NCBI RefSeq assembly: GCF_009914755.1
Contig: NC_060927.1
Length of the DNA: 64,000 bases
Strand: one strand, 5' to 3'
Origin: the human T2T-CHM13v2.0 reference genome, Homo sapiens
Made by a program: the position numbers and the translations under genes. Within the stretch, counting starts at the first letter, position 1, and each line of letters begins with the position of its first letter. Below the pieces are notes generated by a model, which was not told where the DNA came from, ran no database searches, and worked only from the letters and a program-made list of their open reading frames with translations. This document shows positions 39,791 through 56,270 of the stretch, piece by piece.

Positions 39791-40357
39791 GCATAGGTGA
39801 GAGGCATGAAGTCTAATTTTCTAAAACAAAGCCTACTTGGTCAGCTGAAAGAAGCAGAAAGGAGTTGTTTATGTTCAAAGCAAATGTTAACAACACATGA
39901 GAACCCCAGATATCTTTCAGTTGCTTAGGAACATTCAGGATTCTGGGCAAGTTCAGCATACAAAAGAGAAATTAGTAAAAGTGAATTTTACTACTTACAG
40001 TACTATAAATGCCAAGAACCAGATATAGAAGCAAGTCCTTGATGAGAAGAGAAAAACAAACAATAATGCAAGAATTGGGTGGCTGATATTGTCTTGAGTT
40101 TGAAGCAAATGACTTGTGTTATCAGACACAGCAAGATAAGGTCAATTTCTCTGGGAGGTGGCACTCAAAAAATAGAGCTAAACTAGCAGTCAATTTTCTA
40201 TTAATTGATATTTTTTAAGTTACAATAAAACAATATGGTTTTAAAGAGCCCTTGTCCTGTCTGAGTGAGGCATATTTATAATAAGGTATGCAAGCTCTAA
40301 GTTTGGAGTCCTTTGGGACTTGCCAAAGGTCCAACAAATTAGTAACTAGCAGATTTA

Positions 40358-40621
<264 letters not shown>

Positions 40622-40849
40622 TTAATTCCTGGGCTACTGCATTTCACCAGTAGTTTTTCAAATGTTGAATGCTCTAGGAATGTATGAATCAAGGAATATT
40701 TTTTACATTTCTTTCAGATTTTTATCTTTGGTGGGAAATTAACAAATATTTCCATCTGATCAAATAAAAATATTGAAAACAAACCAACAAAAGGTACCAG
40801 AACGAAGGTACAAATACTAAAAGTCCACACCTCAAATAATAAAACCAAC

Positions 40850-41330
40850 ATAGCCTTTTCCTTCATCTTCATTAACTTTACATGTTAGATGGATTAACAT
40901 TTTAAATGTTATAAAATGAGATCATACAATAAATAGAAGAAATATGGGATGCATTTTTTTATCTTAGACTAGGGGAATGTTTTCTAAGCCTGATCGCAAA
41001 ACAGAAACACAACAAAAGTGATTGTGTAATTTACCTGCATAAAATTTCTGTAAGAATGAAATACCATAAACAAAGTCAAAAGACAGAAAAGAAACAATAT
41101 ATATAACATTTAATAGAGAATAACTAGAATATTTTGTTTGTTGTTTTCACTATAGAAATCATTTTTATGAATCAAAATAAAAGAAAAATGACCAAGTAAT
41201 AAGAACAAGCAGTTCATTTTTTTAAAAGAGGGTAAAAATAGCTAATAAATATAGGAAAAGAAAGCCAAGCCCAACAACAACAAAGCAAAAAACACTCTCA
41301 CATGGGCAGGTATTGGCCAATTGGATATTA
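40850..41330 (+). mobile_element. Old L1ME/MC ORF2 3' fragment
   Basis: agatggattaacattttaaatgt...tagaagaaatatggga...tttctaagcctga...accataaacaaagtcaaaagaca. Confidence 0.65.
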
Positions 41331-41839
41331 ATCTCAATTTGAAGAAATACTTTGAGAGTGACACCTCCTTTACAATATTGCATCAGAGGGGCTACCTTAA
41401 GCAAGCTGCAGAGGTTAACTTGATTACATAGCTAAACAGTTTTGCCAATTATATACCATCTTAAGGAATTTAAACACTTGTGTTTGTGTACGTGTTAGAA
41501 ATCTCACAATGTTTAACATACTTCAAAGGATAATAACAAGTATTCACCACTTCCTTCCAATGCTATAATATTTGTCCTCACTAACCTAATTTTACCTAAA
41601 CTGTACCCTCAGTCACAGCAAACCAATCTCCTGGAACTTGAGGTCTCTGATATCAGTAATATTTTAAATTTCCCTGTTAACAAAACATTTACTGCTGATT
41701 TTTTCAGATAGTGTCATGTAGCCATTAAGACTCAAGGAGAGTTTTAAACATGCTAGTTAATACAAATTGTAATCATTACCTTACAGCAAAATGTACTGGC
41801 AATTATTTCAGGGGGTTTAGTTACTGAAAAGAACAGTTC

Positions 41840-42733
41840 CTGCATCCTCTCCAGCACCTGTTGTTTCCTGACTTTTTAATGATCGCCATTCTAAATGGCG
41901 TGAGATGGTATCTCATTGTGGTTTTGATTTGCATTTGTCTAATGACCAGTGATGATCAGCTTTTTTTTCACATGTTTGTTGGGCGCATAAATGTCTTCTT
42001 TAGAGAAGTGTCTGTTCATATCCTTAGCCCACTTTTTGATAGGGTTGTTCGTTTGTTTTCTTGTAAATTGGTTTAATTTCCTTGTAGATTCTGGATATTT
42101 GTCCTTTGTCAGATGGATAGGATATGAAATAGGAAAACTTTTACCCTGTTGGTGGGACTGTAAACTAGTTCAACCATTGTGGAAGACAGTGTGGCAATTC
42201 CTCAAGGATCTAGAACAAGAAATACCATTTGACCCGGCAATCCCATTACTGGTTATATACCCAAAGGATTATAAATGATCCTAATATAAAGACACCTGCA
42301 CATGTATGTTTATTGTGGCACTATTCACAATAGCAAAGACTTGGAACCAAACCAAATGCCCATCAATGACAGACTGGATAAAGAAAATGTGGCACATTAC
42401 TATGAAGCCATAAAAAACGATGAGTTCATGTCCTTTGCAGGGACATGGATGAAGCTGGAAACCATCATTTTCAGCAAACTAACAAAGAAACAGAAAATCA
42501 AACACCGCATGTTCTCACTCATAAGTGGGAGTTGAACAATGGGAACATCACACATGGGGTCTCTTAGGGAGTTGGGGGGCTAGGGAAGGGACAGCATTAG
42601 GAGAAATACCTAATGTAGATGACGGGTTGATGGGTGCAGCAAACCACCATGACAAGTGTATACCTAGGTAACAAACCTGCCTGTTCTGCACATGTATCCA
42701 ATAACTTAAAGTGTAATAAAAAAATAAAAATAA
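41840..42733 (+). mobile_element. L1PA7/8-like 3' end with 5' inversion (minus block 41840-42120, plus block 42126-42733)
   Basis: Inverted block starts at the reverse of caggtgctggagaggatg; forward block starts at the next consensus bases gaaataggaa; 3'UTR gacgggttgatgggtgcagcaaaccaccatg. Confidence 0.92.
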
Positions 42734-44249
42734 TAGAGAACATAATTTTGAACAAGAAAAAACCAGTTCTCCAATTTTAACTGAATAGGACTAATATAAT
42801 CATTTCCAACTTTTTTTGAATGTCTATACTTATACAGATTTTTTTAAAAAACAACACTTGTACCCATAGTGACAACTGGCGAAGAACACTATATTACACA
42901 CTAGGTGGAAAACACATTACTCTAAGGCAGATAGAGCTGGATTGAAAAAAAATCTCCCAAGAGTTATATTTATCAATAATCCTCATGCATATAAGGAAAA
43001 ACTCACTTTACTATGTAGAAGAAGAAATGATATACTTAATGTGGAGACATGTGAACTATATGATGAAGAAAACTGGGGTACTGTAGTTCCACACAACAAC
43101 TTACAAAATACATTGTGAAATATTATTGGATTTTCCCACCTTCCTACTCCTATCTAATAATCCCAAGGAAAAGAGTACAATCCATAGAAAGGGAGGCAAA
43201 ACAAAACAAAACAAAAACTGAGATGGATAAAGAAATGTCTGATAAAATTGCAGGATTCTGGAATTCTTATTTCCCAAATAAATAGGGCATAGGCAGTAGA
43301 ACTTTTGAATAGCTTTACATATTGGCACTTGGCATTTTTCATATTTCAGTTACTCAAAATGCTAGGAGTCAGTCTATTGGTTATGAGAGAATGCCATCTA
43401 GGAGCATAGATAGGCACTAGGATTAAAATTGTTAATAATTGAAGATTTTGAATGTTTTGAGAGCTGCTCAGAGGATCCTGAGATCCAGTAATAACTTTGA
43501 GAAGGAAACTTATCAATTCATGGGAAATTTGTGGTTAAGGAGATTACATTGACCAAAGCTCTCATCACCCGATAGTCTGGATGTATCTTATTTTAGTCAA
43601 AGGTAAGTTAGGAGAAAACAAAACAAATTGAAGGTTGGAAAAATCTTGAGTAACTGAAGAGTAGGAACAGCACCTGAATGATCAGAAAAGCATGTTTTGA
43701 AATGTAATCTACTGATATATTGTTAAATGTATATGTTCAAAAAATTCTGATTGCTTACTAGACCCAAGTCACTTCATTGTTTTATATGTCAAGTAGACAT
43801 GGTTTTGTGAAACAGAGTAGGAAGTCTTAACAATAGCGCAGCTGGGATCATAATATAATACTAAAGAAAAATAAAAACAAACAAGGGGTGGAGCTAGAAC
43901 TCACACAGGACTGAAAGCCATATTGAGATGCTGAAGATCAGAATGCTTCTCTAAAACTAACATCAGTGAGATCAGTGAGGAGAGAGGCAAAGGAGAGGTG
44001 CTCCCGGGATGTAAAAAAAAGGGCAAGAAGTTAAACTATGAAAAAGGAAGATAAGAATAGAGTGAGGAGATAACAGATACATGAAATGTATTCCAGATTG
44101 AGGGATCACCAGAGATGAAATAAGTACTATATATATATTTTAAAAACCTTAATAAAATAAAAAATTAGATTCATAAGGATATTAAAAGAATAGTAAAACA
44201 TTACTAAGTAATTCTTATTTCTGGAAAATAATGATTCATTACTTGAAAT

Positions 44250-44720
44250 GTACTGAGAATATCAATAAAACAAAGTGGGGGGAAGAAAATTATTTCAAAA
44301 ATACTAGAAATGCATTTTGTAAAATTCATCAATTGGGGAATTAAATTTAAAACTCTAGTAAAATTCATCACTAAACCTTAATTAGAAAAGAAAAAAAGGT
44401 TTTTGTATTCCTAACATGGTAATGATTAAATGTCTTAAGCTAACACTCAACGTCAATATGTAATAAGTAAATGGTAAAGGCATTTCCATTAAAGTGAAGA
44501 ACAAAACAAAAATGCCCATTGACAGCATATTATCATTTGGAAGCTATTGATAATGTAATAAATTCAATTAGGTGGTCCCCTATACAATTAAATTGCAAAA
44601 TTAGTAAGGTTTCTGTATACTAGCTGTAATATATTTAATTGGAAAATGTTCCTTTTCAAAAGGACATGTAAAAATAAACAAAAGAAATTCAGCTGTAAAT
44701 CTTGATTGAATATTATGAAA
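44250..44720 (+). mobile_element. Old L1M ORF2 RT fragment
   Basis: gcattttgtaaaattca...ttcctaacatggtaa...gcatttccattaaagtgaagaacaaaacaaaaatgccca. Confidence 0.55.
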
Positions 44721-45100
44721 AACAAAACACAAACACTTTATCACAGACACTTCATTACCTAATTATCTTTATAAGTCTCTGACATCAACTTAAGCCTGCC
44801 TGTCTTTCCCCACTAAACTTCAGATTCACTGGCTGTCTTTCCATTCCTTCAACAAGCTGTTTCTCAACTTCATGACATTTTCATAGTCTCTTCTCTTTGT
44901 TTAGAATTCTGTTACATAAACTGTTTCTTTGTATTGCTAGCTTTGCTGCAAGTTTTTCCTTAAATCTTACATCCCTAGGGCGTCGTCTTTCCCAGGACGC
45001 TACAATGTATCTTACCCTCACACACACACATTTTAGGATCCCAGCCACTTCATTTTTCCTTTCGTAGGTAGTATCTCCATTCATAATTTCATATGTATTT

Positions 45101-45397
45101 GTTTGTTTTATTTTTTGAGACAGAGTCTTGTTCTGTTGCCCAGGCTGGAGTGCAGTGGTGCGATCACTGCTCACTGCAAGTTCCACCTCCTGGGTTCACT
45201 CCATTCTACTGCCACAGCCTCCTGAGTAGGTGGGACTACAGGCGCCCATCACCATTTCTGGCTAATTTTTTGTATTTTCAGTAGAGACAGGGTTTCACCG
45301 TGTTAGCCAGGATGGTCTAGATCTCCTGACCTCGTGATCTACCCACTTCAGCCTCCCAAAGTGCTGGGATTACAGGCGTGAGCCACCGCACCCAGCC
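45101..45397 (-). mobile_element. AluY, full length
   Basis: gcaagttccacctcctgggttcactccattct, gtttcaccgtgttagccaggatggtc; perfect TSD tcatatgtattt (45089-45100 / 45398-45409). Confidence 0.95.
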
Positions 45398-45605
45398 TCA
45401 TATGTATTTTTTTTATTATTTCCTACATGGTAAGTGCCAGAGCAACAGAAATAATATCCAAAGTATGCAAACATTCCATAAATACTGAAAAGAAAGACTG
45501 AGAACAATATGTGGGTGAGAGTGCTCAATATCTTTGATGGTTTGATGGTACTTTATGGGCCCAGATTGTCACATAAATTTTAGGTATTTTAAATCTAACT
45601 CCTGA

Positions 45606-46631
45606 GGGTGGAGACAAGATGGCTGAATAGGAACAGCTCCAGTCTATAGCTCCCAGTGTGAGTGACGCAGAAGACGGGTGATTTCTGCATTTCCAATTGA
45701 GGTACCGGGTTCATCTCACCGGGGAGTGTCGGACAGTGGGTGCAGGACAATGGGTGCAGTGCACCGAGCATGAGCCGAAGCAGGGCGAGGCATCACCTCA
45801 CCCAGGAAGCACAAGGGGTCAGTGAATTCCCTTTCCTAGTCAAAGAAAGGGATGACAGATGGCACCTGGAAAATAAGGTCACTCCCATCGTAATACTGCG
45901 CTTTTCCAATGGTCTTAGCAAACAGCACACCAGGAGATTATATCCCGCACCCGGCTCGGAGGGTCCTACACCCAAAGAGCCTCACTCATTGCTAGCACAG
46001 CAGTCTGAGATCAAACTGCAAGGTGGCAGCGAGGCTGGGGCAGGGGCGCCCGCCATTGCCAAGGCTTGAGTAGGTAAACAAAGTGGCTGGAAAGCTCAAA
46101 CTGGGTGGAGCCCATCGCAGCTCAAAGAGGCCTGCCTGCCTCTGTAGATTCCACCTCTGGGGGCAGGGCATAGCCAAACAAAAGGCAGCACAAACCTCTG
46201 CAAACATAAATGTCCCTGTCTGACAGCTTTGAAGAGACTACTGGTTCTCCCAGCATGCAGCTGGAGATCTGAGAATGGACAGACTGCCTCCTCAAGTGGG
46301 TCCCTGAACCCCAAGTAGCCTAACTGGGAGGCACCCCCCAGTAGGGGCAGACTGACATCTCACACAGCCAGGTACTCCTCTGAGACAAAACTTCCAGAGG
46401 AACGATCAGGCAGCAACATTTGCTGTTCACCAATACCCGCTGTTCTGCAGCCTCTGCTGCTGATACTCACGCAAACAGGGTCTGGAATGGACCTCCAGCA
46501 AACTCCTACAGATCTGCAGCTGAGGGTCCTGAGTGTTAGAAGAAAAACTAAAAAACAGAAAGGACAACCACACCAAAACCCCATCTGTACATCACCATCA
46601 TCAAAGACCAAAGGTAGATAAAACCACAAAG
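45606..46631 (+). promoter_or_regulatory. L1 5'UTR internal sense/antisense promoter
   Basis: YY1 core caagatggc at 45615-45623; SOX-type aaacaaa sites near 46076 and 46176; GC/CpG-richest stretch of the window, with many CpGs decayed. Confidence 0.85.
45793..46056 (-). pseudogene. L1 ORF0 homologue with a premature stop at codon 25
   Basis: ATG at 46056 gives MAGAPAPASLPPCSLISDCCASNE*; the same frame continues GSLGVGPSEPGAGYNLLV... (ORF track 45793-45975). Confidence 0.85.
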
Positions 46632-47648
46632 ATGGAGAAAAAACAGAGCAGAAAAACTGGAAACTCTAAAAATCAGAGTGCCTCTCCTCCTCCAAAGGAA
46701 TGCAGCTCCTTACAAGCAACGGAACACAGCTGGATGGAGAATGACTTTGATGAGTTGAGAGAACAGGGCTTCAGAAGATCAAACTACTCCGAGCTAAAGG
46801 AGGAAGTTCGAACCCATGGCAAAGAAGTTAAAAACCTTGAAAAAAGATTAGACGAATGGCTAACTAGAATAACCAATGCAGAGAAGTCCTTAAAGGACCT
46901 GATGGAGCTGAAAACCATGGCACGAGAACTACTTGATGAATGCATAAATCTCAGTAGCCAATTCGATCAACTGGAAGAAAGAGTATCAGTGATGGAAAAT
47001 CAAATGAATGAAATGAAGTGAGAAGAGAAGTTTAGAGAAAAAAGAATAAAAAGAAATGAACAAAGCCTCCAAGAAATATGGGACTATGTGAAAAGACCAA
47101 ATCTACGACTGATTGGTGTACCTGAAAGCGATGGAGAGAATGGAACCAAGTTGGAAAACACTCTGCAGGATATTATCCAGGAGAACTTCCCCAACCTAGC
47201 AAGGCAGGCCAACATTCAGATTCAGGAAATACAGAGAATGTCACAAAGATACTCCTCGAGAAGAGCAATTCCAAGACACATAATTGTCAGATTCACCAAA
47301 GTTGAAATGAAGGAAAAAATGTTAAGGGCAGCCAGAGAGAAAGGTCGGGTTACCCTCAAAGGGAAACCCATCAGACTAAAAGCTGATCTCTCAGTAGAAA
47401 CTCTACAAGCCAGAAGAGAGTGGGGGCCAATATTCAACATTCTTAAAGAAAAGAATTTTCAACCCAGAACTTCATATCCAGGCAAACTAAGCTTCATAAG
47501 TGAAGGAGAAATGAAATCCTTTACAGACAAGCAAAAGCTGAGATATTTTGTCACCACCAGGCCTGCCCTAAAAGAGCTCCTGAAGGAAGCCCTAAACATG
47601 GAAAGGAACAACCGCTACCAGCCACTGGAAAAACGTACCAAACTGTAA
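46632..47648 (+). pseudogene. L1 ORF1p (338 codons) with a single nonsense codon at 130
   Basis: MEKKQSRKTGNSKNQ...; TGA at 47019-47021; the frame continues without shift into ORF 47088-47648; REKG and ARR motifs intact, YPAKLS changed to YPGKLS. Confidence 0.93.
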
Positions 47649-47711
47649 AGACCATCAAGACTAGGAAGAAACTACATCAACTAATGAGCAAAATAACCAG
47701 CTAACATTATA

Positions 47712-51534
<3,823 letters not shown>

Positions 51535-51799
51535 ACAGTGAGAACACATGGACACAGGTAGGGGAAGATCACACACCAGGGCCTGTTGTGGGGTGGGGGT
51601 AGGGGGTAGGTATAGCATTAAGAGATATACCTAATGTTAAATGATGAGTTAACGAGTGCAGCACACCAACATGGCACATGTATACGTATGTAACAAACCT
51701 GCACATTGTGCATATGTACCCTAAAACTTAAAGTGTAGTAAAAAAATAAAAAATAATAATAAATATATCCAACTCCTGATTAACAGAGTGATTCTGAAG

Positions 51800-52680
51800 T
51801 TCAGAACAATAAACGATCAATAATGGCTAACTTCAGAAACATTTCTAAGAGCATAATAATTGACAACAGGATTAATCATTTGACAAAGTCATAATTCAAT
51901 GAAATGATTTGGCAAAAAGCCTAACCATTTGGGAAACATATAGTTGATGCTTACCTTATACATCAAAATAAATTCCATGGGAGTTAAAATTCTAAATATT
52001 AAAAAACATTAAACCCAACATCTTATAGAAGAAAATCTAGTTAAATATTAACATATTTTTCTTGTGCAGAAGTCAGTTCTAAGAATCATATTAATTTTCT
52101 TATGCAAAATTTATTTTTTCAATAATTTTACTTTGAAAATTATCAAAATAAAAATGCAATTGACATAGCACAGTTAGGAAAATAGCAACAAAAATTAACA
52201 GCTTTTATTTGTAAAGCAATACGTAAATCTATAAGAAAAATAAAAACTTTTAAACACAATATGAATAGGTATATGCATTTTTAATGTTTAAACACTCCAT
52301 ATTCTTCCATTCACCACTCGGCTTCTAAATTCTATTCTTAAGAAATAATCATGGCTGTCTGTGTCCAAACATTTCCCTATGTTCATCACATTGTTTTAAG
52401 CAATCATGAAAAATGAGAACCTAAACGTCCAAAAGATGATATTTTTAAATAAAGTATATTATAGCATATAATACAATGCAATTGTCAACCAAATATTTTA
52501 GAAGCATTTTCAACATAAAATGTACACATTACCTATGTATTATTAATCAAATAAAAGCAAAACTGTTAAGACCAAAATACATTTATTATATTCACACATA
52601 CGTATACAAAGAAAAAGGATAATTGATTAAAAAAACAAGTTTATTCTAAAAAATTTCTACAATTTCCTTACATAATAGTT
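51800..52680 (+). mobile_element. Old L1ME 3' fragment
   Basis: tcatttgacaaag...ttaccttatacatcaaaataaattccatgg...gaagaaaat...attctattcttaagaaataatc...tgttcatcacattgttt...aacctaaacgtcca. Confidence 0.65.
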
Positions 52681-54321
52681 TTATAACAAGAGAAATGCTA
52701 AAACTTTCTGCTCTACATACACTGACTTGGTTACTCTTATCAAAAAAAAGCATACAAAAGTAATTGTCTTAGAAGAGTTACTAGTGAAAGCTGAATTATA
52801 ATGGATAATATACCTGTGATTATTATGTGAAAAGATTAGGTCTTTCTGTTTATTTTAATGGTCTAAATTCTACTCTAAATTGGTATGTATTCTGAAAACT
52901 GATTGGAAAGTAAGATAATCCCCCGCTTTTTGAGTATAACTAATTAGACTGGTATTTTCTTTAAGTGTTGATAGCAGGCACTAAAATAAAATGGAAAAAT
53001 ATTTCCTTTCTAATGTTTGACATACTAGCATTTTTAAAAGAGAAATTAATCTTTTCCAGAATTTTATGTGCATCAAAATGCATTTTTAAACCTGCTGAAT
53101 TCTGATTGATTCATAGTATTATTTTTTAAAGTATAGATGCATACACAGAAAAACAAAATTTCTTTCTGTTTCAAGTAACTCTAAAATTTGTGTAATATAC
53201 TATTATACATTATATTAGTTAGTATAATGTATAGTCTACATTATTTGGGTTTACATATTCAGAAACACTGGCCATCATTGCATTTCTCCTTGATTCTACT
53301 TTGAGTAAATTACATATAAATTAGTAAATTGTAACTGTATCTTACACGCAGTTAAATACAAAGCGTTTACAAAAAAAGCTTAAAAATTTTAATTAAAGAA
53401 GTGATTTGCAGAATTTGTATGTAGCAGAATGCTGTTTTAAATGTAAATTTAAAGTCTCAAATTTCGTATTTATTTTTTTCTGTTAATATTAATAACCCAA
53501 ATAAAGATGTACATTTTGGTTTATTTAATATTTATAATTGATATTACTTAAATTTATAAATACAAACTTTAATTTTTTATTTTGAAAGCAAGTCAGCAAT
53601 ACAAATAAGGCAATTAGGTTGAATATAGATATTTACATTTGCAGTTAGGAATAAATGTTGAAATATCAGCAACAAATTTATTTCTGTATTTTATATTGAT
53701 GACATACTAGTGTAAAAAGTTTTTAGTAGTACAGACAAACATTTCAAATAGTAATTTTTAAAAACTCCTCAGGAATACAATTGTCTTTTACTGTAACAAT
53801 ATAAGCACTACCTGAGATTGAGTGAAGAATGTGATTTTCTTAGAGTTTAAACACAAATGTAACTATTGCTTTCATTTTTATTACTATTAAAACATTTTAT
53901 AAGAAGCAGTCTCTTAAAATCAACCCTCAAACTGCCTAAAGTGTCTGAAGTTCAGTTGCTATTTTCTAACATTTACTTTTGGAGAGCATACATATTTAGC
54001 TTGCATGTAACTCAGTCTGTCACATACATAGAAGTTAGTCATTTGTATGATTTGGTGCAATTAGCTAAGTCTAAATTAAAATAAGCAAATAAATAAATTC
54101 CAGTGTAGAGCAATAATCTTTCAAATCAATGATGTATTCATAGAAGGTACAGAGTGCATACAAATAAAGTTTATCGTGAACTCTGCACCAAAATGAGTGT
54201 GTTACAACATTTAGCAAAGTGTTAGCCTTTCTTTCATGGCATATGTATGTCTGAGTAGCTATTTATTTATCTTTTAGTTACAGCTTTAACAAAAAGTAAA
54301 ATGTTAAAACGTAATTTATGA

Positions 54322-54631
<310 letters not shown>

Positions 54632-56240
54632 TAATCAATGATTTCAAAAATCCTCAGAATATTGCTCAATTTGAATAACACTATCGGTCTAATTCTGGTG
54701 TGAATATTTCTATGTATTTGTAGCTTTAATAGTAAAGAAAAGATAAAGAAGGAGCAACTAACTCTAAAATAATTGCTTGATTACATTTGATTCTATACTT
54801 CAAAGACATGAATAAAACTTCCTTAATTGATCTTGACGTTAAGGAATATATTGAAGAACACATCAAAGTAAATGTAGCCTGTTTTTCAGTTCTTTAAGCA
54901 ACAGTAACGGATTCATTAGAATAAATGAGAAGTTTAATGACCTATGGACACAGTTCCTTGGAATGGCTTGGATATAATTTATAATAGTATCCTTTTCTTA
55001 ATGTTTTTTCAACTTGTCAGCTCCCATTCAACTCTCTAATGCAGGGAAGGGTACTCAATGAAAATAAATGAATGAGGTATTGGACTTCTTTTGGAAAGCA
55101 AATCTGTTGTCTATAATATTGTTCATATTATGCTCCAGATGTTTCTTATGCAAGATTAGTAAATCACTCTTTTATCAGTGAAAACTATTGCAACTGCTAG
55201 CTCTGATTTAATGACTAGGGAAATTAAATGCAATCCCTACCAAACAGGGATTAATTTTTGTACATTTCATTGAACCTTAAAGTTTTAAAAACAAACAAGA
55301 AAATCTGATTATGTGTATCACTGAAGCGCTTATATTCTCTCATGTTTTAAAGTGACAGATCCATATCCATAAATATCAAAGTATCCCTGGTTTCAAATGC
55401 ACTGCACAGTGCACTATTGAAAGAGATACCAAAAACTACCTTCCAATCTCTTTTAACATAATGACATAAATCTTTTAAAAATTTAACTAACATAAACCAT
55501 AAAATTGTTTTAGGTAGAAAAGATTTAAAAGAAGGATAAATTATGTGTCTGCTCTAAAAATAATGTATTCTCAGGTTAAGAAAATTTAGCAAGTAGAATT
55601 CTTTGCTCATTAGGCCAATAGTCTATCCTGGAGGGTCTGCAGAAGCCTACATGCACTGAGTTTTCACCAAGTGATGAAGAATTTGTCTCAAACTTTCCAA
55701 TTAGTGACCTCTAAGAAGCATTTTTTTTTTTTTAGCTTTATAACGACCTACTACTATTCACTTAATTTGGGCATAACTGTCACTAAAAGTCTTTCTACAT
55801 GCAGGTGGAGTAAGTAAAGAAATTTAAAATTTCTTAGGCTGAATCATAAAAGGAAGAAGAAAGCATGTTTCCTAAAGAGAAACAAACTCATTGGTGAGGA
55901 AGTGGCTTCCTTTTTTTCACCCAGGAGAGACAAAAATCTAGAGTTTTTCATTAAGACATCTTCATTAATCAGGTTTTGATATGTAAGGTTTCTTCACTAA
56001 CAAGAGAGAAAGAGAATATTTAAAAAGGAAAACATTTTGGATATCCAGACATCTCTCCTAGCTTATCAAAGAAAGATGCAGTAAACCTGTTGTCTTTTGC
56101 TTTGCTGAACTAGAAAGTAAACATAATACGGAGCTTCTGATGTGACTTCCTTAAGTTGACATATTGGCAAATTTCAAAATACACATTTGATGTAACAATA
56201 TCTTTCTTGTTGATGTGTTTTATTTTGTTTTGTTTTGTTT

Positions 56241-56270
56241 TGTAGCCGAGAACCAATCTTCTCGGCTACA
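56241..56270. repeat. Perfect 12-bp inverted repeat with a 6-nt spacer
   Basis: tgtagccgagaa (56241-56252), ccaatc, ttctcggctaca (56259-56270). Confidence 0.97.

Noticed and set aside
43060-43160. C-box ATGATGA as a possible C/D snoRNA
   Set aside because: No CTGA D box or terminal stem at a suitable distance
44319-44370. 13-bp direct repeat gtaaaattcatca around 26 nt, resembling a TSD
   Set aside because: The enclosed sequence continues the old L1 consensus and has no poly(A); a local slippage duplication explains it
51579-51610. G-quadruplex motif
   Set aside because: A real G-rich tract, but a standard feature of L1PA 3'UTRs and not locus-specific
53204-53233. Resemblance to the loxP spacer (atacattata / tataatgtat)
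   Set aside because: The 13-bp Cre-binding arms are absent; chance similarity in AT-rich DNA
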